Below the pieces are notes generated by a model. It was not told where the DNA came from, made no database searches, and saw only the letters and a program-made list of their open reading frames with translations. A program made the position numbers and the translations under genes. A stretch of 64,000 nucleotides of DNA from an uncultured virus (IMG/VR IMGVR_UViG_3300037400_003073) (lineage: Duplodnaviria; Heunggongvirae; Uroviricota; Caudoviricetes), in IMG/VR virus record IMGVR_UViG_3300037400_003073; one strand, given 5' to 3'. Shown one piece after another: positions 46,098 through 56,556 of the stretch (positions are counted from its first letter, which is position 1; each line of letters opens with the position of its first letter).

Positions 46098-46454
46098 ATG
46101 TTGCGTATTCCGTTTAATCCTTCCGTAAGTGCAGACCAGACCATAAGCGTACTTATTCCCGAACAACTTGTAATGACATTGCGCCTGGTATGGAGCGAAC
46201 GCGCAAAGGCGTGGGACATCGTTGTTTCATCCGACAACGGTGAACTGGGCATGTTCCGCATTACGGATCGGTTCCCCATATTGTACGAGCACAGGGCTAT
46301 TTCCCCGATAAAGGGCGACATAATCGCGCTTCCGTTGTCCGAAGGCAAGGGCAAGCCCCTTTCCGATTATGACGCTCTTGGCGATTCATGGGGCTTGTTC
46401 TACATCGACGAGAACGACTTGAAGGCATGGGAGAAGGCTAATGGCTTGGGGTAG
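46098..46454 (+). CDS. Small baseplate protein
   Basis: Synteny; LRLVW...W, LG..WGLFY. Confidence 0.65.
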   Translation: MLRIPFNPSVSADQTISVLIPEQLVMTLRLVWSERAKAWDIVVSSDNGELGMFRITDRFPILYEHRAISPIKGDIIALPLSEGKGKPLSDYDALGDSWGLFYIDENDLKAWEKANGLG

Positions 46455-47412
46455 AGTTGTACGCCTTGTGGCACAGAACCGCGACATGGTGCAGGTCGAT
46501 GTTTCGGCATTGCGTATTGACGCACGATGCGTCCGTTCTCGCGTTTTCAACGATAACGAGATGGAGGCGACAATTCTCAACGCCAACAGCGACACTATAT
46601 CGAAGTTTTTGCAACGCGGTACTAACATAATGCTTTACGCAGGCTACGAGCAGGGAGGTGAACCCGGTCTCATGTGGCAGGGTAACATTATAGACTCAAA
46701 GACTTTGAGCAACGGAACGGACACGGTGACTACTATTCGTTCCATCGCCTTGCGTTCTCTCAAGCGTCCGTTCACTTGCACTCCAGTATGTCTTGGATTC
46801 AAGCCCGGTGCAACCGCTGCCGATGTAATCGACTCCATTTGCGCAATATTGGGGCTTGTGCCGTATGGCAAGGAAATGGCTACAGAAGTTTCTTTCCCGT
46901 CCGGGTGGACTTTTGTAGGAAACGTGATTAACGCCATGAAGAAGCTCGCGCAGGATTTGGAGACAAAGGGCATGGGCATATATGTAGACCTTGCCGAAAT
47001 TGTCGTTTTCCGTCACAGGACGGACAGCTCCTATTCCATTGCGTACCTTACGCCAGACAGCGGCCTTCTTAACCTCGAAAACACAACAGACTATGTAGGC
47101 TTCGCGAGGACAAGCATTGACGACATGGCGAGCAAGGTAGGCGAGAAGCCGAAGAGAGGCGAAGTAGTCTTGAAGCCCGAAGATGTAGACGATGTTTACG
47201 CGCAGCTTGACAAGATTTTCACGAATATGAAAAAGACCTATTCCGCGAAAACGATTGTCACCCCGAAATTGCGCCCTAACGCTCTTGTGCGTATAAACGA
47301 CGAACGGCGCGGTGTGCATGACGGCCTGTTTGTAGTTGACAAGATGGAGGTAAGCGTTGGCAACGGCCCAAATTCTGCCTTCTCGATGGACCTTAACCTG
47401 ATTGAGGCTTAG
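46441..47412 (+). CDS. Baseplate hub protein
   Basis: ILN, LYAGY...WQGNI, LTPDSGLL. Confidence 0.75.
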   Translation: MAWGRVVRLVAQNRDMVQVDVSALRIDARCVRSRVFNDNEMEATILNANSDTISKFLQRGTNIMLYAGYEQGGEPGLMWQGNIIDSKTLSNGTDTVTTIRSIALRSLKRPFTCTPVCLGFKPGATAADVIDSICAILGLVPYGKEMATEVSFPSGWTFVGNVINAMKKLAQDLETKGMGIYVDLAEIVVFRHRTDSSYSIAYLTPDSGLLNLENTTDYVGFARTSIDDMASKVGEKPKRGEVVLKPEDVDDVYAQLDKIFTNMKKTYSAKTIVTPKLRPNALVRINDERRGVHDGLFVVDKMEVSVGNGPNSAFSMDLNLIEA

Positions 47413-47414
47413 CT

Positions 47415-48020
47415 ATGAGTATGCCATCAATGCTAGACGCTTATTTAGCGAACGCCTTGAGCGGAGTCCACACATCGCTTGTGGCGACTGTCACGGCATA
47501 CGACGAGAAAACGCATAGGGCCACTGTAAAGCCTTCCGTGCGTATGCTGATGGATAACGGAATACAGATTGAATTGCCGGAGCTTGTAGATGTCCCGGTT
47601 GTGTTCCCTAGTTCAAAGGCGTTTGACATGGAATTTCCTTTGGACAAAGGCGACGGTGTACTTCTCGTATTCCAGGAGCAGGATATTTCCGCGTGGAAGA
47701 ACGGAGACAGGAACGCGGCTCCTTCCGTATCTTCGAGATTCGGCCTTGATGCCGCAATTGCCATTCCTGGATGTTTCCCGAAGCCGACGAAGGGAAAGGC
47801 GCGCATTGTGGTGGACTCGGACGGGGTGATTACATGGGAAGCGAAGAAGATCGTATTCAACGAGCAAGTCGTTTTCAACGATGATGTAATCGCCCGTACT
47901 GACGTGTACGTAGGCGCTGGGGTCGGCCCCGGCGTATCGCTCAAGCAGCACACGCACATAACGCCTGCGGGACCGTCTAACGCACCGTCACCCATTACAC
48001 CCATACCGCCGGAGAAGTAG
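47415..48020 (+). CDS. Baseplate spike (Gp138/gpV-like)
   Basis: VHTSLVA, DVPVVFP, GDGVLLVF, DAAIAIPG, SLKQHTH. Confidence 0.85.
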   Translation: MSMPSMLDAYLANALSGVHTSLVATVTAYDEKTHRATVKPSVRMLMDNGIQIELPELVDVPVVFPSSKAFDMEFPLDKGDGVLLVFQEQDISAWKNGDRNAAPSVSSRFGLDAAIAIPGCFPKPTKGKARIVVDSDGVITWEAKKIVFNEQVVFNDDVIARTDVYVGAGVGPGVSLKQHTHITPAGPSNAPSPITPIPPEK

Positions 48021-48023
48021 AAC

Positions 48024-48299
48024 ATGGCATTGAACTTGACACAATTCAAGAAAGACCTAAAGGCGTCAATGAAAGCCGCCGCAGAGTCCAACAATGAACT
48101 TTCTCCGAACGACCCGGCAGCGGCTCTCGACAAGGCGATGGAAAACATTGCGAACGCCATAGCGGAAAAGGTGGACGCATACATAAAGACAATGACGATA
48201 ACGATTCCAATCGGTGGCGTTGTCGTTACGCAGACAACTACTTCGCCATCGCCACAGTCAAACGTCGATCCTATAGTCGTTACAGACTGCGTATCATGA
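48024..48299 (+). CDS. Hypothetical protein
   Basis: ORF after spike. Confidence 0.6.
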   Translation: MALNLTQFKKDLKASMKAAAESNNELSPNDPAAALDKAMENIANAIAEKVDAYIKTMTITIPIGGVVVTQTTTSPSPQSNVDPIVVTDCVS

Positions 48300-48307
48300 C
48301 GGATTAA

Positions 48308-48367
48308 GTCCGGGCAGGGTGAGCGCCAGCCCGGATTCGGGAGGCCATCTTGTCCGGGCGCCTTTTT
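48308..48367 (+). terminator. Putative intrinsic terminator
   Basis: Long GC stem followed by T5. Confidence 0.5.
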
Positions 48368-48427
48368 AGGTAACAAATTTTGTCATATATAGGAACGAAA
48401 TAAGTTATATTTAAAACGGATAAGACT

Positions 48428-48790
48428 ATGGAACTATCACTCGACAAAGCCACATGGGACTTGCATCTTGACGCAACGGGCAATATCGCCACCGTTGGCG
48501 AAGCCGATTTTCCGGCGTTGCTTTCGCAGCGCATTACGCACAGATTGCAGACTTTCAAGGGCGAGTGTTTCCTTGACCGTGAAATAGGGGTTCCCTATTA
48601 TGAGGAAATCCTAAAGAAAAACCCGGACCTTGGACGCATACGATCGCTTCTATCTTCCGTAATTTCGGGTGTTGACGGAGTGGACAAGATACTATCGCTT
48701 GATTTGTCGTTTGACAGAAAAACAAGACTGCTGTCTGTCACATTCCGAGTACTGGGTCAAGACGGATCAATCGCTACAGGAGAAGTTTAG
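48428..48790 (+). CDS. Baseplate wedge gp25/W-like
   Basis: RLQTFKGECFLD..IGVPY. Confidence 0.8.
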   Translation: MELSLDKATWDLHLDATGNIATVGEADFPALLSQRITHRLQTFKGECFLDREIGVPYYEEILKKNPDLGRIRSLLSSVISGVDGVDKILSLDLSFDRKTRLLSVTFRVLGQDGSIATGEV

Positions 48791-48793
48791 ATT

Positions 48794-50221
48794 ATGGGAA
48801 CTTATGTAACCGAAAGCGGTCTCAAGAGAAAGACCTTGCAGGAATGCCGCGCCGAAATCGAAAACGCATTAAAGCAGGCTTTTGGGACTTCATTCGAGAC
48901 ATCAGCCGATAGCCCGAACGGACTTTTGATTAGCCAGCTCGCTCTCGGATTCTCGAACGCCTGGGAACTCGCCTTCGAGGTATTCTCAAGCCGTGACCCG
49001 GCGCAAGCCGTAGGCGTCTCGCTTGACTTCGCGGCGGCCCTTAACGGCATTACGAGACAGTCTGCGAGGGCGTGCTCAGTGAACGCAGTCACCTTCACGC
49101 TCGATTCGTCGGCTACTATCCCTCAAGGTGCTACAGCCGTAAGGACACGCGGCAACCTTGACTTTACTCTTGATTCTTCCGTTACCGTAAGCCGTTCGGC
49201 TTGCGAAAAGCTCATGATTGAAGATGACGGAAGCCAGAAGAACACTGACTACGTTTTCCATTTCACTTTTGGCGATGTTACGCTTAACAACTCGACAGAA
49301 CAGAGCAACCTTTACAGGCTCCGACAGCTTATCATTGTAGCAGGAGGAAAGGCCGAATTTTACGGCGGACGGCTCGCCGTATGGGTTGACGGTTCTACCG
49401 TAGGCATAACGGGCCAACTTCCTGACGATTTCAACATCTATGCCGGAAATACAGGCTCGTTTACTGCTGTAACCGAAGGCTTGCAGACTTGCGACATCGG
49501 GGAACTCGATGCCGTTAGTGGCTCCGTTACCGGTTTTGACGCGGTGTATAATTTTGTCGTTGGCGTTCCCGGCCGTGATGCGGAAACTGACGATGAACTT
49601 CGCGTAAGGCGCGCAATCTATGCGCAATCCATCAAGTCCTGCGGTACAGACCCGTCAATCGAGGCGCACCTTCTTAACGATGTTCCTGGCGTAACGGCGG
49701 CATCCGTAACAAGCAACCGCAACATGACAACGGACAACGAGGGGCGACCTCCGAAGAGCTTCGAGGCGCTTGTAGGTGGCGGCGATGATTACGATGTAGC
49801 AATGTGCGTTTGGAAGAACCAGCCGAGCGGAATACAGCCATACGGCAACACGTCCGTAGAAATTGTTGACGAAGATGGCGACAGGCAGATGATCTCGTTT
49901 TCGAGACCATGCGCAAAATATCTTTGGGTGCGCGTAACGTACAGGCTCTATGACGAAGAGACGTTCCCAGGCATAGAAACGCTCAAGGCGGCAATCTTGC
50001 AGTGGGCAGACATCGAATACAACATCGGAAAGGACGTAATTCCAGACCGAATCTATCAAGGCATTTACGGCGTTCCAGGAGTGGGCCAATGCTCGATTGA
50101 GGTCGCATTGACGGAAAATCTGACGGACAGCCCAAACTATGTGACGGACACTATACCAGTTTCAAGCACGGATTACGCCGTTCTTTCTACCGACCGCATA
50201 ACGCTGACGCCGGCAACGTAA
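48794..50221 (+). CDS. Baseplate J-like protein
   Basis: DSPNG, AVGVSLD, GRDAETDDELR.R, VPGV. Confidence 0.88.
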   Translation: MGTYVTESGLKRKTLQECRAEIENALKQAFGTSFETSADSPNGLLISQLALGFSNAWELAFEVFSSRDPAQAVGVSLDFAAALNGITRQSARACSVNAVTFTLDSSATIPQGATAVRTRGNLDFTLDSSVTVSRSACEKLMIEDDGSQKNTDYVFHFTFGDVTLNNSTEQSNLYRLRQLIIVAGGKAEFYGGRLAVWVDGSTVGITGQLPDDFNIYAGNTGSFTAVTEGLQTCDIGELDAVSGSVTGFDAVYNFVVGVPGRDAETDDELRVRRAIYAQSIKSCGTDPSIEAHLLNDVPGVTAASVTSNRNMTTDNEGRPPKSFEALVGGGDDYDVAMCVWKNQPSGIQPYGNTSVEIVDEDGDRQMISFSRPCAKYLWVRVTYRLYDEETFPGIETLKAAILQWADIEYNIGKDVIPDRIYQGIYGVPGVGQCSIEVALTENLTDSPNYVTDTIPVSSTDYAVLSTDRITLTPAT

Positions 50222-50255
50222 ATCGTTGATAATAGTCTTACAGGAGTTTATTGCA

Positions 50256-53243
50256 ATGGAAACGATAGTACCTTACAAGGAAGAGTTCAAGAAGTACATC
50301 CCGGAACAGTACAAGAACAGCGAGAAACTTCTGGCTCTCGTCAATTCCTGCATGTCGCAATTTGACGACCTTGAGACTGCCTTTTTTGAAATTCTGCAAG
50401 CCTTGAACCTTGCCGACGCCATAGGACCCGCATTGGACTACTTGGGCGCAATCGTCGGCGTAAAGCGCAATCCTGGCGAAAGCGACACGCAATACCGCGA
50501 ACGGATCGTAAGCGGTTTGAACCTGTTGAACCTTCCGGGGCCGGAAGCGTTGCGCATGGTTATAAAGTTCCTCACGGGTGTAGATTCAGTCGGCCTTTTT
50601 CCGAACTGGCCCGCAGAAATGTACTACGTTCTTGACGGTGGAACGGACGCGGACTTGTCGAACCTTGAGAAGAACAGCATGACAAGCGGCGCCTCTCTTG
50701 TGCGTGGGACGTTCCTTTGCATGGAATCCGGTGAAGGCGGTTACATCGTGAATGACGATAACGGGATGCCGTTCGTTGTCGATTACGTGGACATTATGGA
50801 CATCCCCGACAACGTTTTACGCTTTACGTTCAGCCTGCCCGATTATGACCCGACCGTTGCAGGCGTTGGAACGCATGGCACATGGACAAAGGTAGAGTCC
50901 AGCAATCAAAACGAATGGGACTGGACCACGGAAGGCGTTAGCACTTCCGGGGAATTTAAGAACGCTTTTCACGATTCCGCAAATCTTGTAAGTGTCCGGT
51001 GTAAAGTCTTTGAAAGTTCGTTAAATGCGTATGAATTATTTTATAATAATTCTTCGCTAATAAATGCCGATTTACAGAATGTCTCGGGAATTTATGGCTC
51101 CGCAATATCATTTTTCGAAGGGTGCACAAATTTAAAAAATATTGTTCTTACGGGTGCGAACAACATAGAAACCACCTCGTACTTCGCAGGATATTGCTCA
51201 AATCTTGAAAGCGTGTATATTGATTCTCTTGAAAATTGCGCGTCTTTAAATGCGGCATTTACAAATTGTACGCAATTAAAAGATGTACGCATTGGGTATA
51301 TTCCGAACGTTACGAATTTATATACAATATTTAGAAATTGCTCAAGCCTTGAAAGCGTGTATCTAGATATTCCAAGTGTTACAACATGCTACCAAGCGTT
51401 TTATGGATGTTCAAAGTTAAAAAACGTTATTCTAAAAAATACGGGTAACGTAGAAAGTTTAAACGGAACATTTAGCCAATGTGTTGCGTTGGAAACGGCT
51501 CCTGATTTAGACACTTCATCGTGTACTAATTTTAACAGCCTATTTTTTAACTGTGAATCTTTGAAGGAAGTTCCGGACTACGAAACTTCAAATGGCACCG
51601 ATTTCAATTCGGCGTTTAAACAGTGCGAAAATCTAGAGTATATAAGAATAGATGTGTCTAGTGCGTTATCTATAGAATCAATGCTCGAAGATTGTACAAG
51701 TTTAATAGATGTAGAATTTATCGGAAATGCTGGAAACGTTGAAAATTTCAAAAAACTTTTCAACGATTGCCGATCTTTAAAGAATATTCCGTTCTTTGAT
51801 ACGTCAAGTGCCGAAAATGTAACTTCAATGTTTAAAGGGTGTATAAATGTAGAATCCGGGGCGGTTGAAATGTATGAGCAGATGAGCGCCTCTGCTAACA
51901 TTTCCGATTATGAAGACTGTTTTACTAATTGCGGCATAAACACCATCCGGGGCATTGGCGACCTTACGAAGATTCCGACAAGTTGGGGTGGCCTCGGTTC
52001 TATCCCGGAAAATTCTCTCTTGTTCAACTTCGGCGACCCGAGCTACAACCCGAATGAAACGACCACAAGCAACCACGGAACTTGGACAAGATATAGCACG
52101 GGATATGCAGATAACATATTTAATCTTTGGCTTTGGATTTATGACGGCAACGAATACGGATGGGCTAAAGAGTTCATGCCAGATATCTTCAGCAGTTATC
52201 TATCCGATTTCGATAATAACCCGGTGGACGTTGTTGCTCACGGCGATTTGACGGACATCAAGTGTTACGCGGACCTTTTCTGTAGGGCGTCCGCATTGCG
52301 CTATTGTTGCGACTTTGTCATCCCGGATGCTTCCGTAAATTTCCCCGGCTATAGTGGTTCGTTACAAGGTATGTTCTCAAGGTGCGACAATCTTGAAGTT
52401 TTCCCGCATATAGACATTTCAAATCTTAGAAGCGGAATCAGTTATCTCGCGGACAGTTGCACCAAACTAACCACGATAAAACCGCCTACTATACGTTCAA
52501 TAGTTGGAGGAAGCATTGCCACGATTAGTGCATTTGAAAATTGCCCGAATGTGGAACGCGGTGCAGCGGAGACATACTCGGTTTTAAAAAACATATCGAA
52601 TTCCGGCAGCCATGACTGCTTTACGAATTGCGGCGTGAATAAATTAACAGGCGTTTCCGACTTGTTCAAGATTCCGACAAGTTGGGGCGGTTTAGGATTG
52701 GTCTCGGAAAAAGCCATTGTCTTTGCGTTCGGTGACGAAAATTACAACCCGTCAACCGCAGGTGTTGGCGCAGGTGGTACATGGACTGAACTTGCCGATA
52801 ACCCGACAGAATTCAATATTTGGACGTGGACGAAATCCGGCAACGACTGGAGCGGCGAACTTGAAAACGCATTTACAGACGAAGTAAACAAGCCGTACAT
52901 ACTCGCGATAGGCTCAACAGGCCTCGTTTCAAATGTTGACAACTTCCTCAATGGAAGCACGTATGTTCGTCACGGCGCGCTCGATATGTATCGCCAAATG
53001 AGCGGACGGGCGACTCCTCCGAGCAACCACGAAAAGACGTTCCACGATTGCGGAAAACTTACGGAGCAGGGGCTTTTCGAACTTTTGCAAATTCCGGTAA
53101 ATTGGGGCGGCGATGTTTTGACATTCTGTATTGAGAACAACCTTGTCGCATACTTGCCGGACGAAAATCAAACGGAAGTTATCGTGCAGAGCATACGTTA
53201 CTATCAAGACGTTTTCCGCATGATGAAGAATAGCGATTTGTAA
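50256..53243 (+). CDS. Baseplate wedge (DUF2612-like) fused to three BspA/DUF285-like LRR modules
   Basis: AIGPALDYLGAIVGVKR..SDTQYR; xFxxCxxL repeats; three IP(T/V)(S/N)WGG caps. Confidence 0.75.
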   Translation: METIVPYKEEFKKYIPEQYKNSEKLLALVNSCMSQFDDLETAFFEILQALNLADAIGPALDYLGAIVGVKRNPGESDTQYRERIVSGLNLLNLPGPEALRMVIKFLTGVDSVGLFPNWPAEMYYVLDGGTDADLSNLEKNSMTSGASLVRGTFLCMESGEGGYIVNDDNGMPFVVDYVDIMDIPDNVLRFTFSLPDYDPTVAGVGTHGTWTKVESSNQNEWDWTTEGVSTSGEFKNAFHDSANLVSVRCKVFESSLNAYELFYNNSSLINADLQNVSGIYGSAISFFEGCTNLKNIVLTGANNIETTSYFAGYCSNLESVYIDSLENCASLNAAFTNCTQLKDVRIGYIPNVTNLYTIFRNCSSLESVYLDIPSVTTCYQAFYGCSKLKNVILKNTGNVESLNGTFSQCVALETAPDLDTSSCTNFNSLFFNCESLKEVPDYETSNGTDFNSAFKQCENLEYIRIDVSSALSIESMLEDCTSLIDVEFIGNAGNVENFKKLFNDCRSLKNIPFFDTSSAENVTSMFKGCINVESGAVEMYEQMSASANISDYEDCFTNCGINTIRGIGDLTKIPTSWGGLGSIPENSLLFNFGDPSYNPNETTTSNHGTWTRYSTGYADNIFNLWLWIYDGNEYGWAKEFMPDIFSSYLSDFDNNPVDVVAHGDLTDIKCYADLFCRASALRYCCDFVIPDASVNFPGYSGSLQGMFSRCDNLEVFPHIDISNLRSGISYLADSCTKLTTIKPPTIRSIVGGSIATISAFENCPNVERGAAETYSVLKNISNSGSHDCFTNCGVNKLTGVSDLFKIPTSWGGLGLVSEKAIVFAFGDENYNPSTAGVGAGGTWTELADNPTEFNIWTWTKSGNDWSGELENAFTDEVNKPYILAIGSTGLVSNVDNFLNGSTYVRHGALDMYRQMSGRATPPSNHEKTFHDCGKLTEQGLFELLQIPVNWGGDVLTFCIENNLVAYLPDENQTEVIVQSIRYYQDVFRMMKNSDL

Positions 53244-53280
53244 CAAAAAAAAAACTTATATTACTACTAGGAGATTTTAT

Positions 53281-54351
53281 ATGCCATACCCGCCGAGACA
53301 AATTCCAGATGCACCGCTCCCAATGTCGATGGCTCCGCAAGCGGAAACACTTACGGGGAACGACATCGTTGTAATCGTCCAGCCGCTGAACGCACCAGGT
53401 CGAAAAACACGTTCCATGACACTTTCTCAACTGGCATCGTTTATTGCTGCCGGTGAACTTGGAGAAATCGTTTTCGTGAACGTGAACGGCTTCCGCTCCA
53501 CGGTCGGAAAGAACGGCTATAGCTATCACCACGATGCAGACCAGTCCTACAACGCGAACCTCGACTACGCGATAGATAGCAACGGAATCCACGCCGTTCT
53601 TGCAATTTCGGGATATTCAAAGCGCTTTGAAGCCAACGGCAACAGCGTGTTATTTTCGAAGACAACAAGCGGGCTTGTGGACAAGGTAGAAATCTTCGAG
53701 AGCTGCATACAGATTTCGCACCAAACCAGGAACGGCGCCAATGTAATCACGCATACAAGCCGCATCGCTTGGGACCACATGAGGACGCCGGAAGTGCGCG
53801 TCATGCAGGACGAAAACAACTACATCCCGATAAAGTGGGACTCCGCAAATAACGAGTTCGTCGTTTGGCAAAGGGCAAATAGCGGGAAGGTGGCAGTTCC
53901 TAAACTCCATGTTTACGGTACGCTAGAAGTCGAAAAAGACACCACAATAAGAGCGGACGTGAACATAACCAAAACAATTACAGTAGCAGATAGAGCGGAC
54001 TTTAATGGAAACTTTACAGTTATAAAGAATTTATACGCAACTGATTACGCGGAAACTTATTGTAGGTTAAAAACGGCAAGACTCAATCTTAAAAATGAAA
54101 AAAGCTATTTTACAGTATCATCAAATACAAATATAAACACTTTAATTGCTGGAGTTTCCGAACAAATTGCAGTTGCCGAGGGTGATATTGTGACTTTAAG
54201 AAATAATAGTAACACGGATATAGAAGTTGTAATGGGTCTTCGCAAAGTTACCTTGAACGCTTTTTGCGCTATGCAATTTATATGTCATGGAACAGATGGG
54301 ACCAATACACAATGGGCACCACTTGGAAACGCCACGGTTACTTTGGCATAG
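53281..54351 (+). CDS. Tail fibre-like protein
   Basis: beta-rich; position after baseplate; AT-rich C-terminal part. Confidence 0.55.
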   Translation: MPYPPRQIPDAPLPMSMAPQAETLTGNDIVVIVQPLNAPGRKTRSMTLSQLASFIAAGELGEIVFVNVNGFRSTVGKNGYSYHHDADQSYNANLDYAIDSNGIHAVLAISGYSKRFEANGNSVLFSKTTSGLVDKVEIFESCIQISHQTRNGANVITHTSRIAWDHMRTPEVRVMQDENNYIPIKWDSANNEFVVWQRANSGKVAVPKLHVYGTLEVEKDTTIRADVNITKTITVADRADFNGNFTVIKNLYATDYAETYCRLKTARLNLKNEKSYFTVSSNTNINTLIAGVSEQIAVAEGDIVTLRNNSNTDIEVVMGLRKVTLNAFCAMQFICHGTDGTNTQWAPLGNATVTLA

Positions 54352-54453
54352 AGAATTTAAAAAAGAAAAACCTAAACGGAGGTTATACAAATGTCGAATA
54401 AAGAAATCCTGCTAGGAAATGCTACGGTAACTTGGTCGTAAAGGAGATAAAAT

Positions 54454-54885
54454 ATGGCGAATACATCCGGTGAATTTAGCGTTGTTCATTACTTTGATGC
54501 TGAAAAGAATGATCTTATGTTTGTCCGTTTTTGGGTAAACGGTCATGAGGTTCTCATGCCTTTGTCCGAACTTGTGTACGGGCTGAAAGACGGAAAAGAC
54601 ATTGAAGTCGTAATACCCGAAGATACAAGCGAAGAAAACAAGCTCGTAAACATGAACGAAGTCCTTGAGGCTATCGGGCGCTTGCAGGAAGTGACAACGC
54701 TTGCGGTTGCCAACAGAAAGGCGGTTGAAGCTACAAGGAAGAAGGCGCTTGAAGAAAGCAAGAAGAATTTGAACTTGAAGGACATCGCCGAAATTGAAGG
54801 CGTTGAACCCGATACGGATACCAAAGAAATTAAGGTTTCCGAAACAAAGAAATTAAACAAAGTACAGGAGGCAGAAAATGTCTAG
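54454..54885 (+). CDS. Paralog of the N-terminal domain of the next gene
   Basis: TSGEFSVVHY...IPEDTSEENKLVN vs TSGDLSIVHY...IPEGTSEQNPLVN. Confidence 0.7.
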   Translation: MANTSGEFSVVHYFDAEKNDLMFVRFWVNGHEVLMPLSELVYGLKDGKDIEVVIPEDTSEENKLVNMNEVLEAIGRLQEVTTLAVANRKAVEATRKKALEESKKNLNLKDIAEIEGVEPDTDTKEIKVSETKKLNKVQEAENV

Positions 54886-56359
54886 CAACAACGTATTGCC
54901 GCAGACCAGTGGCGACTTGAGCATCGTACACTATGCAGACGCTCAAGGAAACGAGAACTTTTTTATCCGTGCATGGGCGAAAGGCAGCAAAGTGCTTATC
55001 CCGTTGAAGGAAGTGATGGACGATGTAAATGCGTCAATCGAAAACATCAAGAAACTTATCCCTGAAGGAACAAGCGAACAGAACCCGCTTGTAAACAACT
55101 TAAAACTCTACAAGGAGTTGCACCGCGTACCCAACGGCGGCACCTTGCTTGCAGGTGCGAAGGTGGGCGACATCCTTTGGGTGGACCCGAATAACGGCGA
55201 CAAGTACTTCTTTGACAAAGCCGTCTATCCTGTATCGCAGGCAGTCTCTGACGGGCTTGAATCCGTTGGCGTGGTGGCGGACGTTGACGGAAGAAAGCTT
55301 CTTATTCTCCACAAGGACGAATCCGCCGATTTGCAGTTCGCCAACTGCTGGTTGTTCAAGGTAACCGGCATCAATCTTGACGGAACAACCAACACGCTCA
55401 ATATGCAGCAGCACGCATCCAACGATTCCGCGGTTCCGGCAGGAACATTCACGGACAGCACTTCCACGACGCTTGCCGAGTTCTGTACGGCGCTTGATAC
55501 GTGGCTTCGCGAGCACCAAACCGTGGCAGGGGCTTCCGAGACCGACTGGCATTGCGAACTGATGCCAGATGCCGATGGCGTGGACTCATGCTTCATCGTT
55601 GTAGATACCAACAGCTATCAGAACCGATTGGCACCGATTGCAAGCGGTTCAACGGCAACGGCTACACTTTATATGTGGCAATTTGCCGGACAGACGACTG
55701 ACAGAACAATGATACTTCGAAACAACGGCTCCAGTGTCTATTACGCCGGATGGAACAAGGAACGACTTATCGAATGGTTCAGCAACCCTGCTAACGCATC
55801 CATCTCGCCGACAAACGACCCGAACGGAGATGGACTGCTCAACTTGACGGACTTCAACGGCACAAACTATCCTGCCGTGAAGGAGTACTACGACGACTAC
55901 GAGACCTACATGGAGGCCATGATGATGAAGTGGCCGAGCGAAACTGGGTCACAGGCTGCATTTGCCGGAACGGGTAAAAACATCGGGCTTGTATTAGGAA
56001 CGCATACGCACAAGAACCTCGCTGGAGAATCGGTCTACACGTTCCCTGCTAACAGATACTCTTATACGAGAGCCACGGAAGCGACACGCAAGAGCGATGA
56101 CCTGGGCGATGGTGGTTGGTACTTGCCGGACGTTGTAGACTCGTTTAAGGTGTTTTCAAAGATGAAAGTTGACGGTACGGACGCGATAAACAATAGTTTG
56201 TCTGCAATTTCATCGCGCCGCGCGTTGTCGGTGTCGCGCTGGTGTGGCTCGCGTTATAACGGCAGTAGCAGTTGGTTTATATACTCCAGGGGCAATTTCT
56301 ACCGCTCCTACTTCTTCTATAGCGTTAGGTGCTGCGCGGTTGCGCTCTTGGAATATTAA
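54878..56359 (+). CDS. Receptor-binding-like protein with C-terminal CLec-type DGR variable region
   Basis: FPA...GGWYLP...RWCGSRYNGSSSWFIYSRGNFYRSYFFYSVRCCAV. Confidence 0.75.
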   Translation: MSSNNVLPQTSGDLSIVHYADAQGNENFFIRAWAKGSKVLIPLKEVMDDVNASIENIKKLIPEGTSEQNPLVNNLKLYKELHRVPNGGTLLAGAKVGDILWVDPNNGDKYFFDKAVYPVSQAVSDGLESVGVVADVDGRKLLILHKDESADLQFANCWLFKVTGINLDGTTNTLNMQQHASNDSAVPAGTFTDSTSTTLAEFCTALDTWLREHQTVAGASETDWHCELMPDADGVDSCFIVVDTNSYQNRLAPIASGSTATATLYMWQFAGQTTDRTMILRNNGSSVYYAGWNKERLIEWFSNPANASISPTNDPNGDGLLNLTDFNGTNYPAVKEYYDDYETYMEAMMMKWPSETGSQAAFAGTGKNIGLVLGTHTHKNLAGESVYTFPANRYSYTRATEATRKSDDLGDGGWYLPDVVDSFKVFSKMKVDGTDAINNSLSAISSRRALSVSRWCGSRYNGSSSWFIYSRGNFYRSYFFYSVRCCAVALLEY

Positions 56360-56373
56360 TTATTAACTTATTT

Positions 56374-56393
56374 GCAATCCCGTAAGGGATTGC
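56374..56393 (+). other. DGR-type hairpin 3' of the VR
   Basis: GCAATCCC-GTAA-GGGATTGC, 8-bp stem with 4-nt loop. Confidence 0.65.
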
Positions 56394-56403
56394 GGAGCTT
56401 AAT

Positions 56404-56556
56404 ATGAACAAGGACTACAAGGCAAAGCTTCTAGAAAAGGCTGGAATTTATGTAGACTGTTGCCAGCTTCTCAAGTGCGTGTACAAGTTGCTTTTTCAAT
56501 GCCGAAGAAAGACAGGGTTATTATCGGTGACAAGATTATAGAATACAACTTGTCCA
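56404..56556 (+). pseudogene. Truncated, frameshifted Avd-like (four-helix bundle) gene
   Basis: IYVDCCQLLKCVYKLLF/SMPKKDRVIIGDKI with one T missing in a T-run; similarity ends near 56556. Confidence 0.6.

Noticed and set aside
56490..56500. Treating single-base homopolymer frameshifts (here and ~3577) as programmed or phase-variable
   Set aside because: Equally explained by long-read homopolymer errors; needs raw reads
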